Shown here in pieces: positions 17,412-25,963 of a stretch of DNA of 44,815 bases. The notes beneath the pieces were generated by a model. The model made no database searches. It saw only the letters and a list, made by a program, of their open reading frames with translations, and had not been told where the DNA came from. The DNA is from an uncultured Candidatus Saccharibacteria bacterium (GTDB taxonomy: Bacteria; Patescibacteriota; Andersenbacteria; UBA10190; CAIZMI01). Location: positions 1 through 44,815 of the forward strand of contig CAYNDL010000001.1 in the NCBI GenBank assembly GCA_964396115.1. The letters run 5' to 3'. The position numbers were made by a program, and so were the translations under genes. How positions within the stretch are numbered: position 1 is the first letter of the stretch; every line of letters starts with the position of its first letter.

Positions 17412-18218
17412 ATGCGATCAATTTGGTCTGGAGCTATCAGCTTTGGCCTGGTAAACATCCCGGTAAAACTTTATAGTCCCGTGCAAGAAAGGCAGCTAAA
17501 CTTTGATCTTTTGAGCAAAGAGGATTATTCACCAATCAAATATTTAAAAGTTCGTCGTTCAGACGGAAAGGAAGTAAGTTATAGGGACATCGTTAAAGGT
17601 TATGAATACGCCAAAGGAGATTACGTGATCCTCACTGAGGAGGACTTCAAAAAAACCAATGTTAAGAAAACTAAAACCATTGAGATTGTTGATTTCGCCC
17701 AGGAAACAGACATTGATTCCATGCTTTTTGATAAACCCTATTATTTGGAACCAGCGAAAGGGGCGGAAAAAGCCTACTCTCTGTTGCGGGAAGCACTGCG
17801 GCGATCCAAACGTGTAGGTGTTGCGCGTTTTGTACTCAGAACGAGGGAACATCTTGGTGTTATCAAACCGGAAGGAAAAGTTATTGTACTTAACCAATTG
17901 CGTTACAAGGATGAGATTCGTGACCCCAACGACCTGAAAATTCCGGAACAACAAAAATTAGAAAATCGGGAGATCGAACTGGCATTAAAATTAATTGATG
18001 AACTTACTAAGCCTTTCAAGCCCGAGGCGTATAAAGACACATATACGGAGGAATTGAAAGAGGTGATTCAGAAGAAGGCCGAGGGCAAGGAGATTGTCCC
18101 GAAAGGAAACGAACCAGAACCAACTGAAATACCGGACCTCATGGCTGTTTTGAGGAAGAGCTTGGAACAGGCGCGAGATCAGGAGCAGCCCTATGGTTCT
18201 AGAAGATTACAAAAATAA
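17412..18218 (+). CDS. ku: Non-homologous end joining protein Ku
   Basis: MRSIWSGAISFGLVNIPVKLYS...YYLEP...VARFVLRTREHL, the typical bacterial Ku core. Confidence 0.95.
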   Translation: MRSIWSGAISFGLVNIPVKLYSPVQERQLNFDLLSKEDYSPIKYLKVRRSDGKEVSYRDIVKGYEYAKGDYVILTEEDFKKTNVKKTKTIEIVDFAQETDIDSMLFDKPYYLEPAKGAEKAYSLLREALRRSKRVGVARFVLRTREHLGVIKPEGKVIVLNQLRYKDEIRDPNDLKIPEQQKLENREIELALKLIDELTKPFKPEAYKDTYTEELKEVIQKKAEGKEIVPKGNEPEPTEIPDLMAVLRKSLEQARDQEQPYGSRRLQK

Positions 18219-20622
18219 AAGAAGGTTTTCTTCTACTCCCGAACCAAAGGGCGGGGACGCCAGTTCGGGGAAATTATTGTTTGTTATTCAGAAACATGCT
18301 GCATCGAGGCTGCATTACGACTTGCGTCTGGAGGTCTCAGGTGTACTAAAAAGCTGGGCGGTACCCAAGGGACCGTCCCTTAATCCCAGGGACAAAAGGC
18401 TGGCTATGATGGTCGAGGATCATCCAATGGATTATGCGACATTTGAAGGAAAAATCCCGGAAGGAAATTATGGCGCAGGCACCGTAATGGTCTGGGACTA
18501 CGGCAGTTATTATCTAATGGATAAAGATCCACGTCTGCCGGAATTAGAACAGGAAGTCGCCGGAGCGTTAGCTGCTGGAGAAATTAAAATCGTTTTCGAA
18601 GGGATTAAAATCCGTGGAAAATATGTTCTTGTAAAAACGAAGGCCGAAGAAAATTCATGGTTATTGATAAAAAAGGAAGATGAATACGTGTCGGAAGTTC
18701 TGGTTATTGAACAAGAACACTCCGTTATATCCGCGCGTAATCTCAGTGAAATAAAAAACAAGGGAAGATCTTTGAGTTTGGCTGATGCTGAAAAGACTAA
18801 GATGCCCCAAAGAATCTCCCCCATGCTTGCTACCCTGTGGGATGAGCCGTTCACTCATAAGGATTGGTTATTTGAGCTTAAACTTGATGGGTATCGGATT
18901 TTAGCAAAAAAGGAAAAAGGAGACGTGCTTTTGTCATCACGTAAAAATCTCGATCTCACAAGTGATTATCCAGCGATCGCTGAAGCATTAAAAAAAGTGA
19001 ACCATGATTGTGTTTTAGACGGAGAGTTGGTTGTCTTGGACAACAAAGGGCGACCGTCTTTCCAGTTGATGCAGAAATTCAAAGAATCGTCGTCCGGGAA
19101 ATTAGCCTATTATGTTTTCGACTTGCTGCACTTGGATGGGCACGATCTAACGGCCTTGCCTCTTTTGCAAAGAAAATATTTTCTTTCCAGGACTTTGCCG
19201 AGAAGCGAAAATATTTTTTCCACGGAGTTTGTCTTTTTTGAGGGGGACGCTCTTTTTAAAGCGGCCCGAAATAATGGACTCGAAGGAATTGTTGGGAAGC
19301 AAGTCGACAGCGTCTATGAAACCGGCAAAAGGAGCTTCGCGTGGAGGAAGGTCCAGGCCCATAAGCGGCAAGAAGTTTTAATTTGCGGTTTTACAGAACC
19401 GGGGGGCGGCAGGAAACATTTTGGTTCCCTCGTAGTTGGCGTGCATGATAATAAAGGAAACCTCGTTTTTGCTGGCCATGTTGGAGGTGGTTTTGATGAG
19501 GATAGTTTAAAAACAGTTCATAAGAAAATGCTTTCTCACGTTAGGAAGACACGCCCTTTTTCTATTGATCCGAAGACGAATGGTCCTGTTACTTGGGTTG
19601 AGCCGAAATTTGTTGCGGAAGTTCGTTTCCGGGAATGGACAGCTGACGGTAGTATGCGACAGCCGATTTTCTTAGGACTAAGGGAAGATAAGGAGCCAGA
19701 GGAGGTGAAGAAAGAAGTTGAGGTGAACGTAAGTCCCACAATAAAAATAAGCAATCAAGAGAAGATATTTTGGCCGAGTCTGGGGTACCAGAAGGGAAAA
19801 ATGCTCGCTTATTATGAAAAAATTGCACCCGTAATTTTACCGTATCTCCGGGACCGTCCCGAAGTTTTACTCCGTCATCCCAATGGAGTGAGGGACGAAA
19901 GTTTCCATCAGAAAAATATAGTAGATGCCCCAGCATGGGTTAAGACTCACCCAATATATTCTGAATCGAGTAATCGCGTAGTCCGTTATCTGGTTTGTAA
20001 TGATAAAGAAAGCCTGCTTTATATGGCGAACTTGGGGTGTATAGAAATCCATCCATGGAACTCGCGGATCGGTTCGCTTGATAAACCAGATTACTGTGTT
20101 ATCGACCTTGATCCCTTGGAGGTGGAGTTCGAGATGGTTGTGTTTGTAGCTAATGTTGTGCGACAAGTTTTGGACAATTTTAAAATTGAAGGTTACTGCC
20201 GTACGTCTGGGGCAACCGGACTGCATGTGTTCATTCCTTTTGGAGGCAGGTACACATATGAACAGGCTCGCGACTTTGCAAAGGTCATATCCATATTTGT
20301 AAATAAAAAAACTCCTAATGAAACAAGCTTGGAAAGGAGTCCCGAGAAGCGGAGGGGGCGCGTCTACCTTGATTATTTACAAAATGGTGAAGGGAAGACG
20401 ATGCCTGCAGCATATTCTTTGAGGGCAACAGAAGACGCGACTGTAGCAACACCTTTGCTTTGGGAAGAGGTGAGGTCGGGTTTGGATCCCAAGGATTTTA
20501 CCTTGGACACAGTATTCAAACGGTTAGAAGAAAAAGGCGATTTGTGGAAACAGGTTTTGCATGGGGCGGTGGATTTGGGCGCAATTCTGTCTAACATTCA
20601 GAGAAACATTACTGGTGAGTAG
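18193..20622 (+). CDS. ligD: ATP-dependent DNA ligase LigD (3'-phosphoesterase - ligase - polymerase/primase domain order)
   Basis: PE domain: FVIQKHAASRLHYDLRLE...WAVPKGPS. Ligase adenylation motif I: ELKLDGYR. C-terminal primase-polymerase: IEIHPWNSR...VIDLDP...SGATGLHVFIP. Overlaps ku by 26 nt. Confidence 0.95.
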   Translation: MVLEDYKNKRRFSSTPEPKGGDASSGKLLFVIQKHAASRLHYDLRLEVSGVLKSWAVPKGPSLNPRDKRLAMMVEDHPMDYATFEGKIPEGNYGAGTVMVWDYGSYYLMDKDPRLPELEQEVAGALAAGEIKIVFEGIKIRGKYVLVKTKAEENSWLLIKKEDEYVSEVLVIEQEHSVISARNLSEIKNKGRSLSLADAEKTKMPQRISPMLATLWDEPFTHKDWLFELKLDGYRILAKKEKGDVLLSSRKNLDLTSDYPAIAEALKKVNHDCVLDGELVVLDNKGRPSFQLMQKFKESSSGKLAYYVFDLLHLDGHDLTALPLLQRKYFLSRTLPRSENIFSTEFVFFEGDALFKAARNNGLEGIVGKQVDSVYETGKRSFAWRKVQAHKRQEVLICGFTEPGGGRKHFGSLVVGVHDNKGNLVFAGHVGGGFDEDSLKTVHKKMLSHVRKTRPFSIDPKTNGPVTWVEPKFVAEVRFREWTADGSMRQPIFLGLREDKEPEEVKKEVEVNVSPTIKISNQEKIFWPSLGYQKGKMLAYYEKIAPVILPYLRDRPEVLLRHPNGVRDESFHQKNIVDAPAWVKTHPIYSESSNRVVRYLVCNDKESLLYMANLGCIEIHPWNSRIGSLDKPDYCVIDLDPLEVEFEMVVFVANVVRQVLDNFKIEGYCRTSGATGLHVFIPFGGRYTYEQARDFAKVISIFVNKKTPNETSLERSPEKRRGRVYLDYLQNGEGKTMPAAYSLRATEDATVATPLLWEEVRSGLDPKDFTLDTVFKRLEEKGDLWKQVLHGAVDLGAILSNIQRNITGE

Positions 20623-20683
20623 GGACACATAAAAAATACATGAGCAGTAATATGTTGGCGAAATCATTCATAATATTTGTCGT

Positions 20684-20911
20684 ATGGATAAATATGTCTT
20701 TAGTTGTCGCGATGTTAGCGGATTGACCTGTGATTATCGCACTACGGAACCGGACACAGAGGCGTCGCGGGAACAATTAATGGAGCATATCCAAGAGGAG
20801 CATTATGATGTTTTGGGTGTGGGATCAGAGGAGGAGCGGTCCATTCTGGCGGGCAAGATGGACGAGCTCATGTCGAACCCTGACATCTCTGATAAGCAAC
20901 AACACGATTAA
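20684..20911 (+). CDS. DUF1059-like small protein
   Basis: MDKYVFSCRDVSGLTCDYRTTEPD...LMEHIQEEH fits the C..-C...eH pattern of DUF1059 proteins. Confidence 0.6.
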   Translation: MDKYVFSCRDVSGLTCDYRTTEPDTEASREQLMEHIQEEHYDVLGVGSEEERSILAGKMDELMSNPDISDKQQHD

Positions 20912-21855
20912 ACCGTACTACTTAAAACCTTATTCCAGTCTTTTATAAAGCGCCTGATATTAAACATCTCAAGCGCCGTCTTTTTTCCTTCACGGCCGAT
21001 TTTCCTCGCCAATTTTTCATTGGCAAGAAGTTTTTTCATGTATTCAATTATTTCTTTGGTGTTGGTACCCATAAACCCGTTCGATCCGTTCTTGATCACA
21101 CGGACAATTTCGGTCGTTGCGTAAGAAACAACGGGTACACCTATCATCATCGCTTCGCACACAGCTAGGCCCAAACTCGTGTAACGAACCGGATGGAAAA
21201 AGAACCGATGTTCAGCTACCAGAGAAGGAAGCTCTTGGTAACTAGCCTCCCCAATACCGCCTGCAACTTCTTTTGCATTCATGCCAAATAAATCGAGCGG
21301 AATTTTCTTTCTCACTGTCTGGAAGAGATCGATACCGAGCCGACGACCTCGCGAGTGCAAATTATTAATCACTACGATACCCCGATTTGTGCGGCCGCTA
21401 TATTTTATTTTGCTTTCCGGCAACAGTACCCCGTGTTCGATTACTGTAGATGTGGCAGGGCCGTTGTCCCACATGAGCCGGTTAAAGTGCGTGACGTGTA
21501 CAACGAAAGTGTTCGTATCTTGGACTACGTGTTTTGTGTTTGTCGGGTGTTCTTGTGGCGGGTCGTGCTCAATAAATATTTTAGGTAACTTACGTTGTGA
21601 CGGCGAAAGAATTTCGAATTGGTCTTTAAGGTAATGTTGTTTGTGCTGGAAAAGGATGCAGTCGAACTTTATCGATTTCACATCGCGTGTTTCCAATTCG
21701 TGCACATTGCCACCCCAAGGGAACGTGCCCGGCTTTGGGCCGTATCCGAGCCCTCCATTTTCTGATAAGGGAATAAAGAAATCGTGGGGAACTTGAGACA
21801 AGTAGTACATGTAATTGCCGTGGACGGGCCAGGTGAAGATGCGCAGTCTTTTCAT
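20908..21855 (-). CDS. Glycosyltransferase, GT-B fold (group 1 / GT4-like)
   Basis: C-terminal half HRFFFHPVRYTSLGLAVCEAMMIGVPVVSYATTE resembles the E-x7-E/GT1 nucleotide-sugar binding region. Confidence 0.8.
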   Translation of the reverse strand: MKRLRIFTWPVHGNYMYYLSQVPHDFFIPLSENGGLGYGPKPGTFPWGGNVHELETRDVKSIKFDCILFQHKQHYLKDQFEILSPSQRKLPKIFIEHDPPQEHPTNTKHVVQDTNTFVVHVTHFNRLMWDNGPATSTVIEHGVLLPESKIKYSGRTNRGIVVINNLHSRGRRLGIDLFQTVRKKIPLDLFGMNAKEVAGGIGEASYQELPSLVAEHRFFFHPVRYTSLGLAVCEAMMIGVPVVSYATTEIVRVIKNGSNGFMGTNTKEIIEYMKKLLANEKLARKIGREGKKTALEMFNIRRFIKDWNKVLSSTV

Positions 21856-21972
21856 TACATATATTTTTGTTTAAGCAGTGTGGCATCTCTGTAATGTCAT
21901 TCACACAAAATAAGTTTCGGAAAGAATAGTTTAAAGAAGTATCGTTCTTTTTTGCACAAACGGAGATGGATC

Positions 21973-22593
21973 ATGCAAGGCCAGTGGGACTGCGTTTACC
22001 CCGAAGACCAGCACTACATCCTGCAACGGATCGGTTCAGCTTTTAGCGGCAATCCTTCTATGCCAATTTTTCCGCAAACAGGGCAACTCGTCATCCCCCT
22101 CAAAACATTCTTCAATCGCCGGATTTATGCTGACCTAGTCCTTATGAAGAGAATCAAAGGGAGATTTCATGCCCTGGTGATCAACGGAGAACAAGGAAAG
22201 TGCGCCATCGGCGGAAGACTCACAGGAGAATGTCCTGTGCACCACTATTTGCTATGGAAAGCCAGCGTGCAAGCAATGGGTATGAAATGGGCCGTAGAGG
22301 AGTTTCTTGGGCAGGCCCACCTGAAGCCCTTCGACAACCGCTGGCAAGGATTCTCAGTGCTCAGTGCTATCGGTATTTACACCGTTTTTGAAGCCGGAGA
22401 ATTGGAGCCAGATTACCGGATCTGCATGACTGGTATTGTTCGCGGTGATGATGTCATGTCAGAAACGACGAACTGGATCAGTCGTGGCGAAGAACTCGGA
22501 GGCCGGGATAACTATTTCTCCATGATCACATCTTTCTGTTTGAATTTTGCCGAGATGGCAGCCGGGAGCGTAGCGGAAACGGCATCGTCTTGA
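21973..22593 (+). CDS. Hypothetical protein, GC3-rich compositional outlier
   Basis: ATG at 21973 (MQGQWDCVYPEDQH...) is preferred over the TTG at 21952. Codons are visibly C/G-ending compared with neighbours. No motif recognised. It is on the opposite strand to the flanking GT genes. Confidence 0.5.
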   Translation: MQGQWDCVYPEDQHYILQRIGSAFSGNPSMPIFPQTGQLVIPLKTFFNRRIYADLVLMKRIKGRFHALVINGEQGKCAIGGRLTGECPVHHYLLWKASVQAMGMKWAVEEFLGQAHLKPFDNRWQGFSVLSAIGIYTVFEAGELEPDYRICMTGIVRGDDVMSETTNWISRGEELGGRDNYFSMITSFCLNFAEMAAGSVAETASS

Positions 22594-23674
22594 GTACCGG
22601 GGGCCTGACGAAGGTCCCTTTTTTAAACCCTAACAGTTCGGCGGCGGCAAGCGTTACCTCTTTTGGTGATATCTCAGCAACAAATGAATTATTGTGGGAA
22701 CACCGTTTCTCTATGTTTAAGGCGCCACAAACGTCACACTTTGTTTGCCAGGAGATAGCAGCGCGATGTTTTTCGTAATTAATTGGCCCAGCATTTATAA
22801 CGTTAAAACACCAATATATTCCCACAGTTCTCGTTCCTAAAGCTCTCGATAAGTGGAGTGGTCCTGTGTCGTTACTGATTAATAAAGTGCTTTTTGCCAG
22901 TAGGCCGGTGAGACCCTCAAGACTTAGTTTGCCTGCAACCACCTTCGGTACACCCCTCATAAACTTAGCTGTTTCTACTGCCAAGGGGAGTTCGTCTTTG
23001 TTTCCGGTTATGAAGATCTTAAATCCTTGGCGGTAAAAGTAGTCGCCAACTTCAGCAAAGCTTTCTGCAGGCCACCGTCGACGAGGATCGCTTGCTCCAG
23101 GGTGCAGAATTATAGTCTTTCTTATGTTAATAGAACCGACAATTTTTTGGGCTTCGTCGACGTCCTTTTTTGTTGGTAATAGTTTCGGCTCGATCTCCTT
23201 TGTTGTGGCTCCTGCTAGTTCAACAACTTCTAAAAATCTTATTACTTCATGATGGAAGTAGTCATGAGGGATATCAACATCAAGGGGGATCGCATCTGGC
23301 GTACGGGATCCGATTGTAAACCTGGCGTCAATTTTTTTAATGAATGGGTTAGAGTTTTTTCCGCCCCCGTGTAGCTGTACAGCGAGATCAAAATGTTCTG
23401 CTCTCATTTTTTCAAAAAATCCTTCGATTGTTCTTGCTTTATCTCCTTTACCGTCAGTAGATAGTCCGGGAATGTTGGGAATCACAACGACTCGATCGAT
23501 AGGACAAGGCCGGTTTTCGAGGTAGTTTTTGTGCCACTCCAACCCTAGATATGTTATTTCTGCGGCTGGGTATTTTTGCCGAAGTGCTGTTAATGCCGGT
23601 AATGCAAAGATAAAATCGCCAAGGGCATTGGCTCGTAATACGGCAATCTTCCTAACAGGAAATGTTTTACTCAT
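22526..23674 (-). CDS. Glycosyltransferase family 9 (heptosyltransferase-like)
   Basis: KIAVLRANALGDFIFALPAL...ILHPGASDPRRRWP...LISNDTGPLHLSRALG. Start set at MSKTF (23674), which forms an ATGA overlap with the GT2 stop. The 23848 start in the ORF track lies inside the GT2 gene. Confidence 0.85.
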   Translation of the reverse strand: MSKTFPVRKIAVLRANALGDFIFALPALTALRQKYPAAEITYLGLEWHKNYLENRPCPIDRVVVIPNIPGLSTDGKGDKARTIEGFFEKMRAEHFDLAVQLHGGGKNSNPFIKKIDARFTIGSRTPDAIPLDVDIPHDYFHHEVIRFLEVVELAGATTKEIEPKLLPTKKDVDEAQKIVGSINIRKTIILHPGASDPRRRWPAESFAEVGDYFYRQGFKIFITGNKDELPLAVETAKFMRGVPKVVAGKLSLEGLTGLLAKSTLLISNDTGPLHLSRALGTRTVGIYWCFNVINAGPINYEKHRAAISWQTKCDVCGALNIEKRCSHNNSFVAEISPKEVTLAAAELLGFKKGTFVRPPVLKTMPFPLRSRLPSRQNSNRKM

Positions 23675-24483
23675 TGTTTTTTCTGAAAAATTAATGAGGG
23701 TGCATTGAATTCTCTGTTGGGAACGGTTGTTGGCACCTCTAAATGAAACGACCCAGATGGAATAATTCCGCATCCACCGTGCAGCCGCATCACGTTGTAC
23801 TGAGCAAGTACTTCTTCTCCACAATGTTCTTCCGGAAGATCTCTCCAAAACTCGAAAGCTCCGCTCTCGATCAACTTGAGTCGATCATACAGGACGCATG
23901 CGCCAATCCAGGCAACACGGTAGATTTTTTGATTAGCGCTGCTAAGTCTAAGTTTGTTTTGCAGGTGGTAGATGTTTGCAGCACTGTGCAGTTTTGCCCG
24001 CTCCCATTTCTTAGACTGCGGTTCTACAACCTCAGCTTCGACGGGACCGTTCCAGAATTCGATTTCTTGTTCGTCGGGCCTTATGTCGTCAATGTAACTT
24101 AATCCAATGGGAGCACTACCAACGAACCCGCATTTCTCTCGTTCTATCGTTGCCATGAGTCGTTCAATTAAATCTTCTTCGATTACGATGTCATCATCCA
24201 TGAATAAGACGTAAGGCGCTTCGCTTTTGTCCAAAAGAAATTGACGATTCTGGGCAAGACCCTGGCGGGGGATATTCCTGAATATGTTTACCCTGTGCCC
24301 TTTGTTTATCAGCAAACGTACAATGCCTTTAATCTCGTCACTATTATTAACAGTGTTCAAAGGAGATTGGTCGGAAATTATGACGTTCAACTTTGGAAAT
24401 GTTTGGAATGCCAAACTAGTTAGTGAGATTCCAAGAGAAGCGGCACGGTTGAACGTGGGAATTAAAACGTCGACTTGCGGCAT
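23671..24483 (-). CDS. Glycosyltransferase family 2
   Basis: VDVLIPTFNRAASL...ISDQS...FMDDD (GT-A fold with DxD motif). Confidence 0.9.
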   Translation of the reverse strand: MPQVDVLIPTFNRAASLGISLTSLAFQTFPKLNVIISDQSPLNTVNNSDEIKGIVRLLINKGHRVNIFRNIPRQGLAQNRQFLLDKSEAPYVLFMDDDIVIEEDLIERLMATIEREKCGFVGSAPIGLSYIDDIRPDEQEIEFWNGPVEAEVVEPQSKKWERAKLHSAANIYHLQNKLRLSSANQKIYRVAWIGACVLYDRLKLIESGAFEFWRDLPEEHCGEEVLAQYNVMRLHGGCGIIPSGSFHLEVPTTVPNREFNAPSLIFQKKQ

Positions 24484-24579
24484 AGATGCAGCACGTTAAA
24501 AAAGTTATAAAAATACTTTAAAGAGAAGCGCTTGAAGAAGCAGTAACTAATGGCACACGTTCATTTCTTCTCTAATTGA

Positions 24580-24609
24580 TTGCACAATGGTAAAAAAGGG
24601 TAGTATATT
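24580..24609 (+). promoter_or_regulatory. Candidate promoter for tRNA-Leu
   Basis: TTGCAC (24580-24585), 18-nt spacer, TATATT (24604-24609), ending 20 nt before the tRNA 5' end. Confidence 0.35.
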
Positions 24610-24628
24610 GTTGTCCGGACGTTAATAA

Positions 24629-24712
24629 GCCGAGGTGGTGGAACTGGCAGACACGTAGCGTTCAGGGCGCTATGGGCTTACGCCCGTGTGGGTTCAAATC
24701 CCACCCCCGGCA
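24629..24712 (+). tRNA. tRNA-Leu (anticodon CAG), long variable arm, CCA not encoded
   Basis: GCCGAGG acceptor, anticodon loop tTCAGgg, variable arm gggc-ttac-gccc, T-arm GTGGG-TTCAAAT-CCCAC, 3' acceptor CCCCGGC plus A. There is one A-C mismatch in the acceptor stem. Confidence 0.9.
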
Positions 24713-24720
24713 CTAACTAA

Positions 24721-24747
24721 AAATGTCCCCGTGTTGGGGGCATTTTT
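24721..24747 (+). terminator. Intrinsic terminator after tRNA-Leu
   Basis: aaatgtcccc (24721-24730), loop gtgtt, gggggcattt (24736-24745), then tt. 10-bp stem with one G-U pair. Confidence 0.7.
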
Positions 24748-24880
24748 AAGTAGTGCTGAGCAAGCCACTGCTGACTTGCGTGTGGGATTTGAAACGCGCA
24801 GCCATGTCCGAGTTTGTCCTGAGATTGCGAAAGGACAAGGCGAGGACGGCGAGCGGGTCAGCGACCACACCCAAGACGGA

Positions 24881-25888
24881 TTATTTTTTTAGCAACTTCT
24901 TAAAGTCTTCAACTAGTGCAACTGGGGTGGGGTCAACTTGTAACTCAAGTGCCAGCTTATAGGAGAACCAGTCTCCAGTAAGCAAGGTTGAAAGTACCTT
25001 TTCCGCTTGGTTGCTTCCTTCCATATCTACAGTAGTAACCTCCACACCCTTTTCTTTTAGCAATTGAGAAGTAATGTCCATACGCTTCAGTATTCGTTCG
25101 TGCGAGTTTCCGTCTTTCAAAATCACGACGTGGAATGCGCCGTGGGGCAAAGTCCAGCCGACCATTTCATTGTGGTTGAGTTCGGGAAAGAAGTTCCAAA
25201 AAGCAGGGGTCTTTGCGTTTTCGTTACATTTGATCTTCCAAATTCTTGCCACGCTCTTGTATTCGTTTGATGAATAAATGACCGGAGTCACTTTGGTGAA
25301 TTGTGGTCCTAGGCTTTCTCCTTTTTGTCGTGCAGTTTGCATGTATGCTGAGAGGCGAGCTGATAACCCATTTATAACCTCCTCTGTGTTCGACACGGTC
25401 ATTCCGAGTTTATTCAAGACCGCGGCAATTATTCCCACTGAATATCCTGTTGCACATCGCGGTTGGATAGTTGGTGGATTTGCTGGAATTTTTACGAAAG
25501 GTATCCCATCGGCATTGCATCTTTCTTGAAGTTCACCACCGGAAGACACACCCATTAACGGCACATTTTTGAGTTTCGCTGCTTCATAAGCCGAAGTCGT
25601 TTCTTCCGTATTTCCGGAAAAGGAGCTGGCTATCACTAATGTGTTCTCATCTACCCAGGAAGGGATGTCGTAGGAACGGTGGATATTCATAGGATGGGTA
25701 ACAATCCCCGCATCACGAAGGAGGGCCGCAGCCATCCAGGAACCGCCCATACCTGCCAACAGAACCCTCTCAATTTTGTTCGGAAAATTTATCGCCAATT
25801 GGTCACCCGCCTTGTATCCGTCGATGTATTGTTGTGGGGAATCCAAAATAACTTGCTCCATGTTTTGTGGGTCGAAAGTGTGTGTCAT
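24881..25888 (-). CDS. Bifunctional phosphoglucose/phosphomannose isomerase (SIS-domain, archaeal-type PGI/PMI)
   Basis: LLAGMGGSWMAA and SFSGNTEET SIS motifs in a ~335 aa protein. ATG at 25888 preferred over the TTG at 25924. Confidence 0.8.
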   Translation of the reverse strand: MTHTFDPQNMEQVILDSPQQYIDGYKAGDQLAINFPNKIERVLLAGMGGSWMAAALLRDAGIVTHPMNIHRSYDIPSWVDENTLVIASSFSGNTEETTSAYEAAKLKNVPLMGVSSGGELQERCNADGIPFVKIPANPPTIQPRCATGYSVGIIAAVLNKLGMTVSNTEEVINGLSARLSAYMQTARQKGESLGPQFTKVTPVIYSSNEYKSVARIWKIKCNENAKTPAFWNFFPELNHNEMVGWTLPHGAFHVVILKDGNSHERILKRMDITSQLLKEKGVEVTTVDMEGSNQAEKVLSTLLTGDWFSYKLALELQVDPTPVALVEDFKKLLKK

Positions 25889-25963
25889 ATGAAAAAGAAT
25901 ACAACTTACAGAGGGAAGAACCAAGGCTCTTCCTCTTGCTGATCCTCTCTAACTAAATATGTA

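Noticed and set aside
22180-22290. Segment GKCAIGGRLTGECPVHHYLLWKASVQAMG of the orphan gene looked faintly like a Nudix box (G-x5-E-x7-REUXEEXGU).
   Set aside because: Only the G-x5-E spacing fits. The RE and EE catalytic residues are absent, so the resemblance is not evidence of a Nudix fold.
23675-23848. N-terminal 58-aa extension of the GT9 ORF as listed in the track (start 23848).
   Set aside because: The extension overlaps the 3' end of the GT2 gene in another frame. The conserved GT9 N-terminus (KIAVLRANALGD) begins right after the Met at 23674, which also forms an ATGA coupling with the GT2 stop.
24779-24800. gtgggatttgaa resembles the reverse complement of the tRNA-Leu T-loop, suggesting a minus-strand tRNA, a tRNA fragment or an att-site duplication.
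   Set aside because: I could not build an acceptor stem, a 5-bp/7-nt anticodon arm or a proper T-arm on either strand. The match to the tRNA is only about 7+7 nt, and no integrase or other mobile gene is nearby.
24749-24880. Possible small SRP (4.5S) RNA, because the region folds as a long imperfect hairpin.
   Set aside because: The invariant domain IV sequence (GGUCC-GGAA-GGAAGCAGCC type) is absent on both strands.
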